The notes: generated by a model not told the origin, from the sequence alone. DNA of 64,000 bases from Crocinitomicaceae bacterium (GCA_016719925.1 JADJYC010000004.1:56697-120696), one strand, 5' to 3'. Numbered from the stretch's first letter, positions 1-9,975 are shown. Numbers and translations are program-made.

Positions 1-324
1 GACGAATCAGATGTATCAGATTTTGCAGAAGTAGATCCGGCTTTTCCGGGTGGTGAAAGTGCAATGATTAAATTTATTCAGGAAAACGTAACTTACCCAG
101 AGCTTTCACGTGAAATGGGTGAACAGGGAACGGTATATGTTCAGTTTGTTGTGCATACAGATGGCAGTATTCAGAATGTAAAAGTACTGAAAGGAGTTTC
201 AGAATTATTAGACCGGGAAGCAGTCAGAGTAATTAAAAAAATGCCAAACTGGAGTCCCGGTAAACAAGACGGAGAACCAGTACGTGTGCGTTACCAGATA
301 CCCATTAATTTTAGAATTGCATAA
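1..324 (+). CDS. tonB: Energy transducer TonB, C-terminal domain (5' end lies outside the window)
   Basis: The ORF is open from base 1. The C-terminal motif ...GTVYVQFVVHTDGSIQNVKVLKGVSELLDREAVRVIKKMPNWSPGKQDGEPVRV... is a typical TonB_C fold sequence. Confidence 0.7.
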   Translation, partial: DESDVSDFAEVDPAFPGGESAMIKFIQENVTYPELSREMGEQGTVYVQFVVHTDGSIQNVKVLKGVSELLDREAVRVIKKMPNWSPGKQDGEPVRVRYQIPINFRIA

Positions 325-728
325 TGATTACAATCAAAGATAATACACATAAAACTATGCTTGACAAATTAGCACCGCACAGCAGGGTCTGGGTTTTTCA
401 GGCCAATCGCTTTTTTGATTTTCGTGAAGGAGAATTTATAAAAAAAGAAATGCAGCAATTTATTCCTTCATGGGCATCTCATGGCAACGAATTATACGGT
501 GATTTTGAACTGGCTGAAAATCTTTTTCTGATTGTTGGTGTGGATGAAAAAAAGAGTCCTACCAGCGGCTGTTCAGTGGACAGTTTGAACAGAGCAGTAA
601 AAAAAATTGGAGATGAACTGAATATTGAATTCTTTGACCGGTTGCGTGTGGCTTATTATGACAAACAAGCGAAAATTCATGTCTTGCCGTTAAATGAATT
701 TAAAGATCTGATTAAAAAGATCAGGTAA
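324..728 (+). CDS. Hypothetical protein (134 aa)
   Basis: Clean ORF directly following tonB. I recognise no family. Confidence 0.35.
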   Translation: MITIKDNTHKTMLDKLAPHSRVWVFQANRFFDFREGEFIKKEMQQFIPSWASHGNELYGDFELAENLFLIVGVDEKKSPTSGCSVDSLNRAVKKIGDELNIEFFDRLRVAYYDKQAKIHVLPLNEFKDLIKKIR

Positions 729-837
729 CCGGTTCTACCATTGTCTTCAATAATCTGATTGAAACAAAAGAAGATCTTGAAACCAAATGGAAATCTCCCG
801 TTAAAAATTCATGGCATAAAAATCTGGTTCAGATACT

Positions 838-2385
838 GTGAAAAAAATCTGGCTGTTCATATTGACCATTCATTGTCTGACTTTGTCAGCGCAGGAAAAA
901 ATTGATCCGGCCAATTTTAAGTATGACCTTTTGAATCAGCTGGTGTGGGAAGAAGTCAACAACATGCGCACCAGAAAAAGAGCTGATTCACTCATCTATG
1001 ATAAATCACTGGACGACGCATCCAATGATCATGCAAAGTATATGGGAGAAAATGATGTGCTTACACACGTTCAGAAATCAAGAGACAAAAAAACACCGCT
1101 TGACAGGGTAGTCTATTATGGCGGAACCCATGATCAGGTTGGAGAAAATGTGCAGGTATTTGCAATTGGACAAACCTTTGAAGATTCAAACGGAAAACTC
1201 ACCTATGAAAAATTAGCCAAAGAAATTGTGGAAGTTTGGAAAGAATCCAAAGAGCATTATGAAAACATGTTGAATCCTGATTACACCGTTGTTTCTTATG
1301 GATTTTATATCAAAGACGGAAAACTGTATGTATGTCAGCTGATGGCCACGCAGCCCTTTGAAGAAAAATACAAATTTGAAAAAGGTCCTTCTTTTTTTGT
1401 GAAAGGAATTGATGACTGCGCTGCCTGCAAAAAGACCAAAAGGAGACTTGCCAAAGATCAGGCCTTTTTAGGCTGGTACACGGTTTCAAATGATTCTGTC
1501 TACTACTGGAATATGGATTCGTATGCAAGCGGCGGTAAAAAAGCAAAACGCAATATCAATAAAATTTTTGGCGCCGGCGGAACCATTTCCATGGATGTCA
1601 TCCACAATGAACAATTTGACTGCAACGGTCATGCAAGTTTTCACAATTCATATTATTATGATGGATATTACTTAGGCTACATCAATAAAAAATCACTGAA
1701 AAATGATTTGCATCCGTCAGAAAATATTTATCAGATTTATGTTGGACAAAAACCAGAATTCCCGGATACATTTTATCAGGTAGATTTTAATCTGGTAAAA
1801 AGAAAAAAATATTGCATGCACAGCATGACAATTTATGTTACGCCCGATCATCTCAAACCAACAGAGTATTTTACTATTCCAAATCCAACGGTTGATCTCA
1901 ACAAAACAATTATTATTGAAGACTCGGTTGAAGTGCGCGTCAATTTTCAGCGCGGACAAACCAATGAAGACACCACCATTTTTGAACCGCTTCTAATTTC
2001 TTTAGACAGTCTCATCAAAGCAGATCATGAAATTCAGTCAATCCATTTTACCGGTGTTGCCTCTATTGAAGGTGATGAACAATCCAATCAAAAACTCTTT
2101 AATAAACGGGGAACGCTCATTTCAAACTACCTTAAAAAATATTATCCAACACTGCCAATGAAAAGTGAATTCTATGAAAATTTTGATGAATTCAGAGCAG
2201 GTCTTGCAACATTGGGTCATCAGGATATCATGCAATACAGCGATGACTCATTGCGTCAGTGGGCAAACCAGCATAGAAATGAACCGGCTATTGAAAATCT
2301 GCTGAATGATACGCGTTACTCATCCGTTCAGATAGTTTACAGAGATTATATAAAGATAAAAATGAAGCCTATGGTTTTTCAGTAA
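838..2385 (+). CDS. Secreted CAP/SCP/PR1-like domain protein with a C-terminal extension
   Basis: Signal peptide MKKIWLFILTIHCLTLSAQ. The CAP-like segment reads HAKYMGENDVLTHVQ...GENVQVF...WKESKEHYENMLNPDYTVVSYGFY. Total 515 aa. Confidence 0.5.
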   Translation: MKKIWLFILTIHCLTLSAQEKIDPANFKYDLLNQLVWEEVNNMRTRKRADSLIYDKSLDDASNDHAKYMGENDVLTHVQKSRDKKTPLDRVVYYGGTHDQVGENVQVFAIGQTFEDSNGKLTYEKLAKEIVEVWKESKEHYENMLNPDYTVVSYGFYIKDGKLYVCQLMATQPFEEKYKFEKGPSFFVKGIDDCAACKKTKRRLAKDQAFLGWYTVSNDSVYYWNMDSYASGGKKAKRNINKIFGAGGTISMDVIHNEQFDCNGHASFHNSYYYDGYYLGYINKKSLKNDLHPSENIYQIYVGQKPEFPDTFYQVDFNLVKRKKYCMHSMTIYVTPDHLKPTEYFTIPNPTVDLNKTIIIEDSVEVRVNFQRGQTNEDTTIFEPLLISLDSLIKADHEIQSIHFTGVASIEGDEQSNQKLFNKRGTLISNYLKKYYPTLPMKSEFYENFDEFRAGLATLGHQDIMQYSDDSLRQWANQHRNEPAIENLLNDTRYSSVQIVYRDYIKIKMKPMVFQ

Positions 2386-2417
2386 AGAGCATTGAAGATT
2401 TAGTAGAACAGAATAAC

Positions 2418-3172
2418 ATGCGCGAACTGATTCCGCTCTATGAAGTCATGGCTAATAAAGTAATTGAAGGAAACAACGAAATAAAAGATTCTATGCTGAA
2501 TTTGAATTTCCCAACATCCTCTGAATTTGCCAAATTACATTGGTATAAATTTATTTTGGAATTAAATGTTGCGCCTGAAACCGTCACCGAAGACAAACTG
2601 AATGAACTGAAAAAACTGGGAGCAATTCCTACTACCGGAGATTATCTGGAATACCGTTTACTGTTCAATATTTTTAACGGAAATGAAAACATTGATGTAT
2701 CAGATTTTGGAGAAATTCAACCGGAGCTTAAATCCAAAAAACAAAAAGCCTGGATTGAATGTCTGGATTTAATTAGCGGCGTACAAAACAACCGGTATTC
2801 TGATAAAATGGCTGTTCCGATTTTATTGAATCACGTTTTAAAAAATAAATTTCCGATTAAACAAACCTATTTTATCTGTCAGTATTTAATTGAATGGGGA
2901 TACACTACGGAACCGTATGTTCTCTTATCCAAATTTGCGAAAATGCCCGACAAATTCCAAAACTCTATACACAATTCATCAAGCTTGGATATTACCTGGG
3001 AATGTTTGAAAATAAAAAGGAATGGAAAAAAATACTGGTGGTTTTAAAAAATCTGGCAGCTGCAAGTGACAAAGAATTCTGTTCACTTTTTGAATGGAAT
3101 CAGATGGGCGTGCGTGCGCTTTCATACCCTGAAATTGCCGATCTGTTCTGCACCAAATGCAGGGAGCAATAA
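2418..3172 (+). CDS. Hypothetical protein, possibly frameshifted (ORFs 2418..3047 and 2894..3172 overlap in different frames)
   Basis: Two protein-like ORFs overlap by ~150 nt. The second frame reads a plausible continuation LYTQFIKLGYYLGMFENKKEWKKILVVLKNLAA.... This follows the homopolymer-indel pattern seen elsewhere in the window. Confidence 0.3.
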
Positions 3173-3262
3173 GCCGATGCACGATCTTGTTGATGATTCA
3201 TTCAACATTCCGTATCTTGCAATACCTAACTCAATGTTTACCTGAACACGTCTGATTCAAAT

Positions 3263-4252
3263 ATCCTGAAAGATCAATTTGGCAGAGTCCATGATTACCT
3301 GCGTATTTCTCTTACAGAAAGATGCAATCTCCGTTGTTTTTACTGCATGCCTGAAGAAGGTGTTCCGTTAAGAGAAAAAGCGGAATTTATGTCGGCTGAA
3401 GAAACTGTTCAGATTGCTGAGGAATTCATTAAACTGGGAATAAAAAAAATCCGTCTGACCGGTGGAGAGCCCCTGATCAAAAAAAACTTTGCAAAAATTT
3501 TGCATGATCTTTCAACGTTTGAAATTGAACTTGCATTAACTACCAACGGAATTCTGATTGATCAGTATATCCATGATTTTAAAACTGCCGGATTAAAATC
3601 CATAAACGTCAGTCTGGACTCACTGAATGAAAACAATTTCAAAACCATTACACGCCGGTCAGATTTTCAGCGCGTGATGAATAATATTGATTTGCTGATT
3701 GAACAGGGAATCTCACCAAAAATAAATGCGGTTGTAATGCGCGGGGTGAATGATCATGAACTGATTAACTTTGTTAAATGGGGAGCAGAAAAAGATCTGT
3801 CAGTGCGGTTTATTGAGTTCATGCCTTTTGACGGAAACAAATGGAACTGGGATAAAAAAGTTTCATATCAGGAAATTTTAACTGCCCTTGAAAATCATTT
3901 TGGAAAAGATAAGATCATTCCGCTAATGGGTGGAAAAAATGATACCAGCAGAAATTTTAAATTAGAAAATTCAAAAGGCAGTTTTGGAATTATCAGCAGT
4001 GTTACCAATCCGTTTTGCGACACCTGTAACCGGATACGCTTAACGGCAGACGGAAAAATAAAAAACTGTCTCTTCGCCTCTTCTGAAACTGATTTGCTGA
4101 GCGAAGTAAGAAAAGGAAATTCAATAACGCAATTAATTCGTGATTCGATCTTCACTAAAAAATCAGCCCGTGCCGGTATTCCGTCATTTGAAGAACCTGC
4201 TCATGTTGAAGCGTTTTTCAAGAACCGGAGTATGATTACTATTGGAGGGTAA
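3263..4252 (+). CDS. moaA: GTP 3',8-cyclase MoaA (molybdenum cofactor biosynthesis protein A)
   Basis: N-terminal motif LKDQFGRVHDYLRISLTERCNLRCFYCMPEEG carries the radical-SAM Cys triad. The C-terminal motif CDTCNRIRLTADGKIKNCLF is the second Fe-S cluster. No in-frame ATG exists upstream of the Cys triad (frame stop at 3227-3229), so the true start (CTG 3242, ATC 3263, or an upstream error) is unresolved. Confidence 0.85.
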   Translation: MLKDQFGRVHDYLRISLTERCNLRCFYCMPEEGVPLREKAEFMSAEETVQIAEEFIKLGIKKIRLTGGEPLIKKNFAKILHDLSTFEIELALTTNGILIDQYIHDFKTAGLKSINVSLDSLNENNFKTITRRSDFQRVMNNIDLLIEQGISPKINAVVMRGVNDHELINFVKWGAEKDLSVRFIEFMPFDGNKWNWDKKVSYQEILTALENHFGKDKIIPLMGGKNDTSRNFKLENSKGSFGIISSVTNPFCDTCNRIRLTADGKIKNCLFASSETDLLSEVRKGNSITQLIRDSIFTKKSARAGIPSFEEPAHVEAFFKNRSMITIGG

Positions 4253-4278
4253 CTTTCATTTTGTTAAATAAATTATTT

Positions 4279-4379
4279 ACCACGGAGACACGGAGAGCAC
4301 AGAGTTTCACAGAGAAATTATTAGCACAAAACAAAATCTAAATCTCCGTGTTACTCCATGCTCTCCGTGTCTCCGTGGT
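4279..4379. repeat. MITE-like palindromic element, copy A
   Basis: Left arm ACCACGGAGACACGGAGAG... and right arm ...TCTCCGTGTCTCCGTGGT are ~35-bp imperfect inverted repeats around an AT-rich core. Related copies lie at 5052-5140, 39843-39948 and 39991-40098. Confidence 0.7.
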
Positions 4380-4459
4380 AGAAGAAACTCAATTCATCTG
4401 CTCCACTCATAGCAATGCGTTGATCTGAGATTCATGAAATTGACTCTTTTTTCGTAAAT

Positions 4460-4699
4460 TTGAGTATGAAGTCAACGATTCAACATACAAAAATTGAACT
4501 TATTCAATGGCTCACAACCTTGGAAGACCAAACCATTCTGAATAAAATTCTTGCACTCAGAAAAAAGGAAACAAAAGACTGGTGGCAAAACCTTTCTGAA
4601 TCTGAAAAGGAATCCATTGAAAAGGGATTAAAAGATGCAAAAAACGGTAAACTAAAGTCCCATAATAAGGCCAGAAAGGTGTATGAAAAATGGCTATAG
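4460..4699 (+). CDS. Putative antitoxin of a RelE/ParE-type toxin-antitoxin pair
   Basis: A 79-aa ORF overlapping the downstream RelE/ParE-like toxin gene by 17 nt, the classic type II TA arrangement. It has a lysine-rich C-terminus. Confidence 0.5.
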   Translation: MSMKSTIQHTKIELIQWLTTLEDQTILNKILALRKKETKDWWQNLSESEKESIEKGLKDAKNGKLKSHNKARKVYEKWL

Positions 4700-4988
4700 A
4701 ATTTTCTGGACAGATCATGCACTGAATGAACTTAAAACAACTTTCGATTTTATAAACGAACATTGGACGCAAAGAGAGATTAAAAATTTGGCTCAGGAAA
4801 TTGAACTGGTTGTTGAGTTATTATCCAGAAGTCCTAAAATCTTTCCAGAATCATCTTCAAAAAAAGGAATCTACAAAGCACTTGTCACTCCGCTCAATAC
4901 GATTTACTTCAGAGTTAATGGAAACTCAGTAGAAATCTTGTCCTTTTTCGCTAATAGAAAAAATCCGTCAAAGCTAAAAGCAGAATAA
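4683..4988 (+). CDS. Type II toxin-antitoxin system RelE/ParE family toxin
   Basis: 101 aa. MKNGYRIFWTDHALNELKTTFDFINEHW...IYFRVNGNSVEILSFFANRKNP follows the pattern of ParE/RelE plasmid-stabilisation toxins. Confidence 0.65.
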   Translation: MKNGYRIFWTDHALNELKTTFDFINEHWTQREIKNLAQEIELVVELLSRSPKIFPESSSKKGIYKALVTPLNTIYFRVNGNSVEILSFFANRKNPSKLKAE

Positions 4989-5051
4989 TTTTTAATCAGA
5001 TTTTCTACTCAAAATCGTTTGGTGAATTATAAATTATTTAACAAAGAGATA

Positions 5052-5140
5052 TTGAGATCATTGAGTTTCACAGAGAAATTATTAGCATCACACAAAATCA
5101 AATTCTCCGTGCAACTCCATGCTCTCCATGTCTCCGTGGT
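5052..5140. repeat. MITE-like element, copy B (left arm degenerate)
   Basis: Shares ...GAGTTTCACAGAGAAATTATTAGCA...TCTCCGTG..CTCCATGCTCTCCATGTCTCCGTGGTTAAAAAAA with copy A. Confidence 0.6.
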
Positions 5141-5148
5141 TAAAAAAA

Positions 5149-5511
5149 TTAATTTCTTGGATCAATCACTTCAGGGTTCACCAGCACAGGAACACAACCC
5201 GGCTTATGATAAATACAGATGATCAATGGATCACCCAATTTCAGATTCAGTTCATCCAGCATAATTTCAAACGTGGAACCTTTGGTAATCCGGTTGGAAA
5301 TTTCACCGTTCACTTCTGGCGCACGCGTAATGCAAACGGTACTGTCAGCATTAGAAGGATTATAGACAATCAGATTTCTCAATTCATAGTTGCCATAGAA
5401 TTTTGTGCATACATCTTCTGTCTGATCTTGTACAGTGTTTTCACTTTTCCAAAAATGAAATGAAGACAGCATCAAAAATGCGCAAACTACTATTACCGGA
5501 ATTCTTGCCAT
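5149..5511 (-). CDS. Hypothetical secreted protein (120 aa)
   Basis: N-terminal hydrophobic signal MARIPVIVVCAFLMLSSFHF. No recognisable domain. Confidence 0.35.
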   Translation of the reverse strand: MARIPVIVVCAFLMLSSFHFWKSENTVQDQTEDVCTKFYGNYELRNLIVYNPSNADSTVCITRAPEVNGEISNRITKGSTFEIMLDELNLKLGDPLIICIYHKPGCVPVLVNPEVIDPRN

Positions 5512-5606
5512 AACTGAAATTTAAGAAAATATTCCTATATCTCACCTGAACCAGTCACAAGAATTGTTCCAATCTCAAAACAAGAAAGAATTTCTAAATT
5601 TGATAC

Positions 5607-6140
5607 ATGTCTCACAAAAAACTCAAACTGCAGGAACTTAACCGAATTTCAGCCAATGAATTCAAAGAAGCTGAAAAAATTCCGCTTATAATTGTTTTAG
5701 ATAACATCCGCAGTTTTAATAATGTCGGATCTGTTTTCAGAACTGCGGATTCATTTCGGATAGAAAAAATATTTTTATGCGGCATTACACCTCAGCCACC
5801 TCACCGTGAAATTCATAAAACCGCATTAGGAGCAACTGAAACTGTCAGCTGGGCCTACGCGGTGGACACCCTGGAATTAGTTCAATCACTCAGAAGTTCA
5901 GGCGTTCACTGTTTTGCCATTGAGCAAACTGAAAACTCAACCATGCTTGACAAATTTTCACCGGACAAAAACAACCGCTACGCTTTTGTGTTTGGTAATG
6001 AAGTAGACGGTGTGAGACAAGATGTAATTGATAACTGCAACGGTGTAGTTGAAGTACCCCAGTTTGGAACAAAACACTCGTTGAATATTTCTGTTTGTGC
6101 GGGGGTGGTGATGTGGGATTTTTGTGGTAAATTTAAATGA
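5607..6140 (+). CDS. TrmH/SpoU family RNA 2'-O-methyltransferase
   Basis: SPOUT motifs: ...IIVLDNIRSFNNVGSVFRTADSF... and ...VFGNEVDGVRQDVIDNCNGVVEVPQFGTKHSLNISVCAGVVMWDF. Confidence 0.8.
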   Translation: MSHKKLKLQELNRISANEFKEAEKIPLIIVLDNIRSFNNVGSVFRTADSFRIEKIFLCGITPQPPHREIHKTALGATETVSWAYAVDTLELVQSLRSSGVHCFAIEQTENSTMLDKFSPDKNNRYAFVFGNEVDGVRQDVIDNCNGVVEVPQFGTKHSLNISVCAGVVMWDFCGKFK

Positions 6141-6235
6141 AAGGGTGATTCGTTTGATTGGTGCAGAGTAAATCAGATCTAAAGCTATAATGGCAATCAT
6201 ATTCAATACATTGCAATCAATTTAAAATAACAAAC

Positions 6236-6979
6236 TTGAAAATACCCTTTGAACCAGAAATCTTTGATGTCAAAATCAATATTCATTTGATTCTGGAATA
6301 TTTAGCGTTTTTCATTGCTTTCAGATACTATTTAATTTTAAGAAAGACATCCAATGATTCCATTTCAAATGGAAATCGACTTTCAATTATTTTAGGTGCA
6401 GTTCTTGGAGCACTTGCTGGTTCAAGAATAATTGGATTTTTGGAAAATCCGGATATCACGTTGAGTACTGAAAATCTTTTAGCATTGTACAATTTAAAAT
6501 CTATTATGGGCGGATTATTTGGTGGGTTAATTGGCGTTGAAGCAGCAAAAAAAATAATTCACGAAAAACAATCTTCAGGTGACTTGTTCACCTTTCCTAT
6601 CATCACCGGAATTATAATTGGGCGCATTGGTTGCTTTTTAAGTGGAATTAACGAATTTACCTATGGCAAAGAAACAGACTTCATTGCCGGCATGGACCTG
6701 GGAGATGGATTATACCGGCACCCAACCGCTTTATATGAAATAATCTTTTTAATTATGCTTTTTATTTTTCTCAAAAACAAAAACTCCAATACAAAAAAAG
6801 AAAGCGGTTTATTATTCAAAGTATTTATGATTTCGTATTTTGGGTTTCGCTTCGTTATTGAATTCATTAAACCAAACACATTTTTCGTTTTTGGACTAAG
6901 CAGCATTCAGTGGCTATGCATCATTTGCTGGATCTATTATTTTCCGGTTTTAAAAAGAATAACAAGAAATGCCAACTAG
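6236..6979 (+). CDS. Prolipoprotein diacylglyceryl transferase (Lgt) family membrane protein
   Basis: Lgt-like signature GRIGCFLSGINEFTYG...GLYRHPTALYEIIFLIMLF...FGFRFVIEFIKP and multiple transmembrane segments. The ORF overlaps the start of the downstream radical-SAM gene. Confidence 0.65.
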   Translation: MKIPFEPEIFDVKINIHLILEYLAFFIAFRYYLILRKTSNDSISNGNRLSIILGAVLGALAGSRIIGFLENPDITLSTENLLALYNLKSIMGGLFGGLIGVEAAKKIIHEKQSSGDLFTFPIITGIIIGRIGCFLSGINEFTYGKETDFIAGMDLGDGLYRHPTALYEIIFLIMLFIFLKNKNSNTKKESGLLFKVFMISYFGFRFVIEFIKPNTFFVFGLSSIQWLCIICWIYYFPVLKRITRNAN

Positions 6980-8359
6980 AAAATACGTCTACTACGACTA
7001 TACCATAAGTTTATGTCCGGAGTGTTTAAAACGCATTGACGCTAAAATTGTATTTGAAAACAACAACGTTTACATGTTGAAGAGATGTCCGGAACATGGG
7101 AACTCCAAAGTTCTGATAGCTGATGACATTGAATACTACAAAAGCATCAGAAACTATAACAAAGCTTCCGAAACACCTTTTCGATTCAATACCAAGACAA
7201 ATTATGGATGTCCCTATGACTGTGGTCTTTGCCCTGACCACGAGCAACATTCATGTCTAAGTATAATTGAGATAACTGATCGCTGCAACCTGACCTGTCC
7301 AACTTGTTATGCAAACTCATCACCATCCTTTGGAAGACATAGAACTTTCGAAGAAGTAAAATCAATGTTAGACACGATCGTAGAAAATGAAAAAGAACCT
7401 GACGTTGTACAAATCAGTGGTGGTGAACCAACATTACACCCACAATTTTTGAAATACTTGATTATGCTAAAACCTTGCCGGTCAAACACCTGATGGTGAA
7501 TACAAACGGAATTGAAATCGCAAAAGACTTTGAATTTGCTAAACGGCTGAAAAATTATTCTCCCGACTTTGAAATTTATCTTCAATTCGATTCTTTCAAG
7601 GAAGAAAATCTGGTTTCACTCAGGGGAGCAAATCTAAAAAAAATAAGGGAAAAGGCAATCGAACATCTTAATCAACTAAATCTTTCTACAACTCTTGTAG
7701 TCACTTTACAAAAAGGTTTAAATGACAGTGAAATTGGAGAAATAGTTGATTATGCACTTAAACAAAAATGTGTTAGAGGCGTAACTTTTCAACCAATACA
7801 AGTTGCCGGGAGAACTGAAAATTTTAATCACGAAAATGAAAGGATTACACTCACCGAAGTCAGAAGAAAAATTCTGGAGCAAACCAACATATTTAATCAG
7901 GACGATTTAATTCCGGTACCATGTAATCCGGATTCACTGGTCATGGGATACGTATTAAAATTAGACGGAAAAAATATACCACTTACCAGATATATCAATC
8001 CGTCTGATCTGCTAGATAACAGCAAAAATACAATAGTCTACGAACAAGACGAAACATTGCATCAAAAGATGTTTGAAATTTTCAGCACCGGAACATCAAC
8101 CGATAAAGCTTCTTCAAAATTGCATAGTCTTCTTTGTTGTCTTCCTTCTGTTGAGGCGCCAAATCTTAGTTATGATAATTTGTTCCGTATTATCATCATG
8201 CAATTCATCGATGCCTACAATTTTGATGTAAGAGCAATTAAGAAATCCTGTGTTCACATTGTAAATAAGGACAATAAAATAATCCCCTTTGAAACAATGA
8301 ACATCTTTTACCGTGATGACAAAAAAGAATATTTAGAAAAACTGATAACAAAACATTAA
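6969..8359 (+). CDS. Radical SAM protein with an N-terminal Cys-rich (zinc-ribbon-like) domain, broken by a frameshift at the T5 run 7446-7450
   Basis: CPECLKRIDAKIV...CPEHG...YGCPYDCGLCPDHEQHSC precedes the radical-SAM cluster ITDRCNLTCPTCYA. The GGEPTLHPQF segment in frame 0 continues as EILDYAKTLPVKHLMVNTNGIEIAK in frame +2. A T6 at this site would give a continuous ~460-aa protein. Confidence 0.7.
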
Positions 8360-8361
8360 TT

Positions 8362-8544
8362 ATGGGTGGAATATTTTCTTTAATTATTATTATCTACATT
8401 ATTTGTCATATCCCGGCGATTATAGCACTAATCATGGGTCTGGTTGCATTAAAAAGCAATCCGGAATACGCAAAAAAACTTTTAATTTTTGCTGGCATTT
8501 ATTTCTTAATTGGAGGAGGAATCTGTGGAACAATATTGAGTTAA
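8362..8544 (+). CDS. Small hydrophobic membrane protein (60 aa)
   Basis: Two predicted TM helices. Located directly after the radical-SAM gene. Confidence 0.3.
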   Translation: MGGIFSLIIIIYIICHIPAIIALIMGLVALKSNPEYAKKLLIFAGIYFLIGGGICGTILS

Positions 8545-8593
8545 ATTAATTGAAAAATAAACCTGAATTAATATCTGTAACTCAGTAACTCAA

Positions 8594-9262
8594 ATGACCA
8601 AAGAATTCAACGCTACAAAAATCGGAGCAATATTTACGCTGGTTAGTTTCTTCAGCACATTTACATTTATTGTTCCAATGTTTTTTATAATTCCGGTTGC
8701 ATTGATGTTTGAGAACATTATTGGTCCTGCTCCCTATTCAAAAATTGGCACCACCGCTATCATTTTTCTTTCAATAGTCACTACGCTGGCTTGTCTTGTA
8801 CTTTTCGTTTCTACCTTTCGTTTGCGGCGGTCTGGTCAAGATCTGACTTCCGGTGCATTGATTTTCTTTTTTGTTGTAATAACATTCATTATTCATCCGC
8901 TGGGATTTTTTTTATACGTTTCAACTAACTGGAGAATGGCCAATGACGGACAATTTATATTTGCTATTTTTCAGCCGTTTGCTTTCACCAGTTTTGCCTA
9001 TTTCATTATTGGTGTGACTACTGATCTAATTCGAAACTTTGGATCAAATAATTTGACTCCACCAGTTCAGACTGAATCAATAACTCCAAAAATTCATGAC
9101 CAACAAAAAGAAAGCTCTGACAACGAAGAACTGATTACAGTTTATTTCAGCCATTACAGAACAAAATCTAATGAGGAACTTGAACATATTATTCAAAATA
9201 AAGGTTGGCAATCCGAAGCAAAGATTGCAGCACAGCGTACTTTAAATGAAAGAAAACAATAA
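8594..9262 (+). CDS. Hypothetical multi-pass membrane protein (222 aa)
   Basis: Four or five hydrophobic segments followed by a hydrophilic C-terminal tail. Confidence 0.4.
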   Translation: MTKEFNATKIGAIFTLVSFFSTFTFIVPMFFIIPVALMFENIIGPAPYSKIGTTAIIFLSIVTTLACLVLFVSTFRLRRSGQDLTSGALIFFFVVITFIIHPLGFFLYVSTNWRMANDGQFIFAIFQPFAFTSFAYFIIGVTTDLIRNFGSNNLTPPVQTESITPKIHDQQKESSDNEELITVYFSHYRTKSNEELEHIIQNKGWQSEAKIAAQRTLNERKQ

Positions 9263-9306
9263 ACTACGTGTTCAGATTCTAAACCCAATAAAGTAACACA
9301 TTCAAA

Positions 9307-9975
9307 ATGCCCAAAGCTATAATCATCGGCGCAACCGGCCTAATCGGTAAAGCCCTCATAAAAGAACTAACTTCCAATTCTGACTATACTGAAGTAGTAT
9401 TAATTGCCAGAAAAAAAATTGAAAACCTGCCGGCAAAATTCAGAGTGATTCAAATTGATTTTGATAAAATTGAAGAAATCAAAAATGAAATAACAGGAGA
9501 TGTTTTATTTTCTGTTCTGGGAACAACAATGAAAACGGCGGGCTCAAAAGAAGCGCAATACAAAATAGATTTTGATTATCAGTATAACGTTGCCAGAATT
9601 GCTTCAGAGAACGGAGTAAAAAATTTGGTTTTACTTTCTTCTGCCGGGGCAAATTCCAAATCATCTATTTTCTATTCACGCATGAAAGGTGAACTGGATG
9701 ATGCCGTAAAAAAATTAAACTTTAGTCACATTTCTATTATCAGACCTTCGATGCTCACCGGAAAAAGGAAAGAATTCAGACTGGGTGAAAAGATATTTAC
9801 ACCAGTTGCGTACATCTTAAATATCATTCCGTTTGCCAGAAAATATCGTCCGATAAAAGATGTCATTGTTGCTCAGGCAATGATTAATGCAGTCACAAAA
9901 AATCCAAATCAATATCAGATCTATGAACTGAATGAAGTGTTTAAACTGGCTGGTAAGCAGAATTCTTACAAGTAA
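9307..9975 (+). CDS. NAD(P)H-binding protein (atypical SDR / NmrA-like oxidoreductase)
   Basis: N-terminal Rossmann motif MPKAIIIGATGLIGKALIKEL and the overall 222-aa length fit this family. Confidence 0.7.
   Translation: MPKAIIIGATGLIGKALIKELTSNSDYTEVVLIARKKIENLPAKFRVIQIDFDKIEEIKNEITGDVLFSVLGTTMKTAGSKEAQYKIDFDYQYNVARIASENGVKNLVLLSSAGANSKSSIFYSRMKGELDDAVKKLNFSHISIIRPSMLTGKRKEFRLGEKIFTPVAYILNIIPFARKYRPIKDVIVAQAMINAVTKNPNQYQIYELNEVFKLAGKQNSYK

Noticed and set aside
1310-1959. Small ORFs 1310..1546(-), 1490..1675(+), 1717..1959(-)
   Set aside because: They are embedded in or antisense to the 515-aa CAP-domain gene and show no conserved features.
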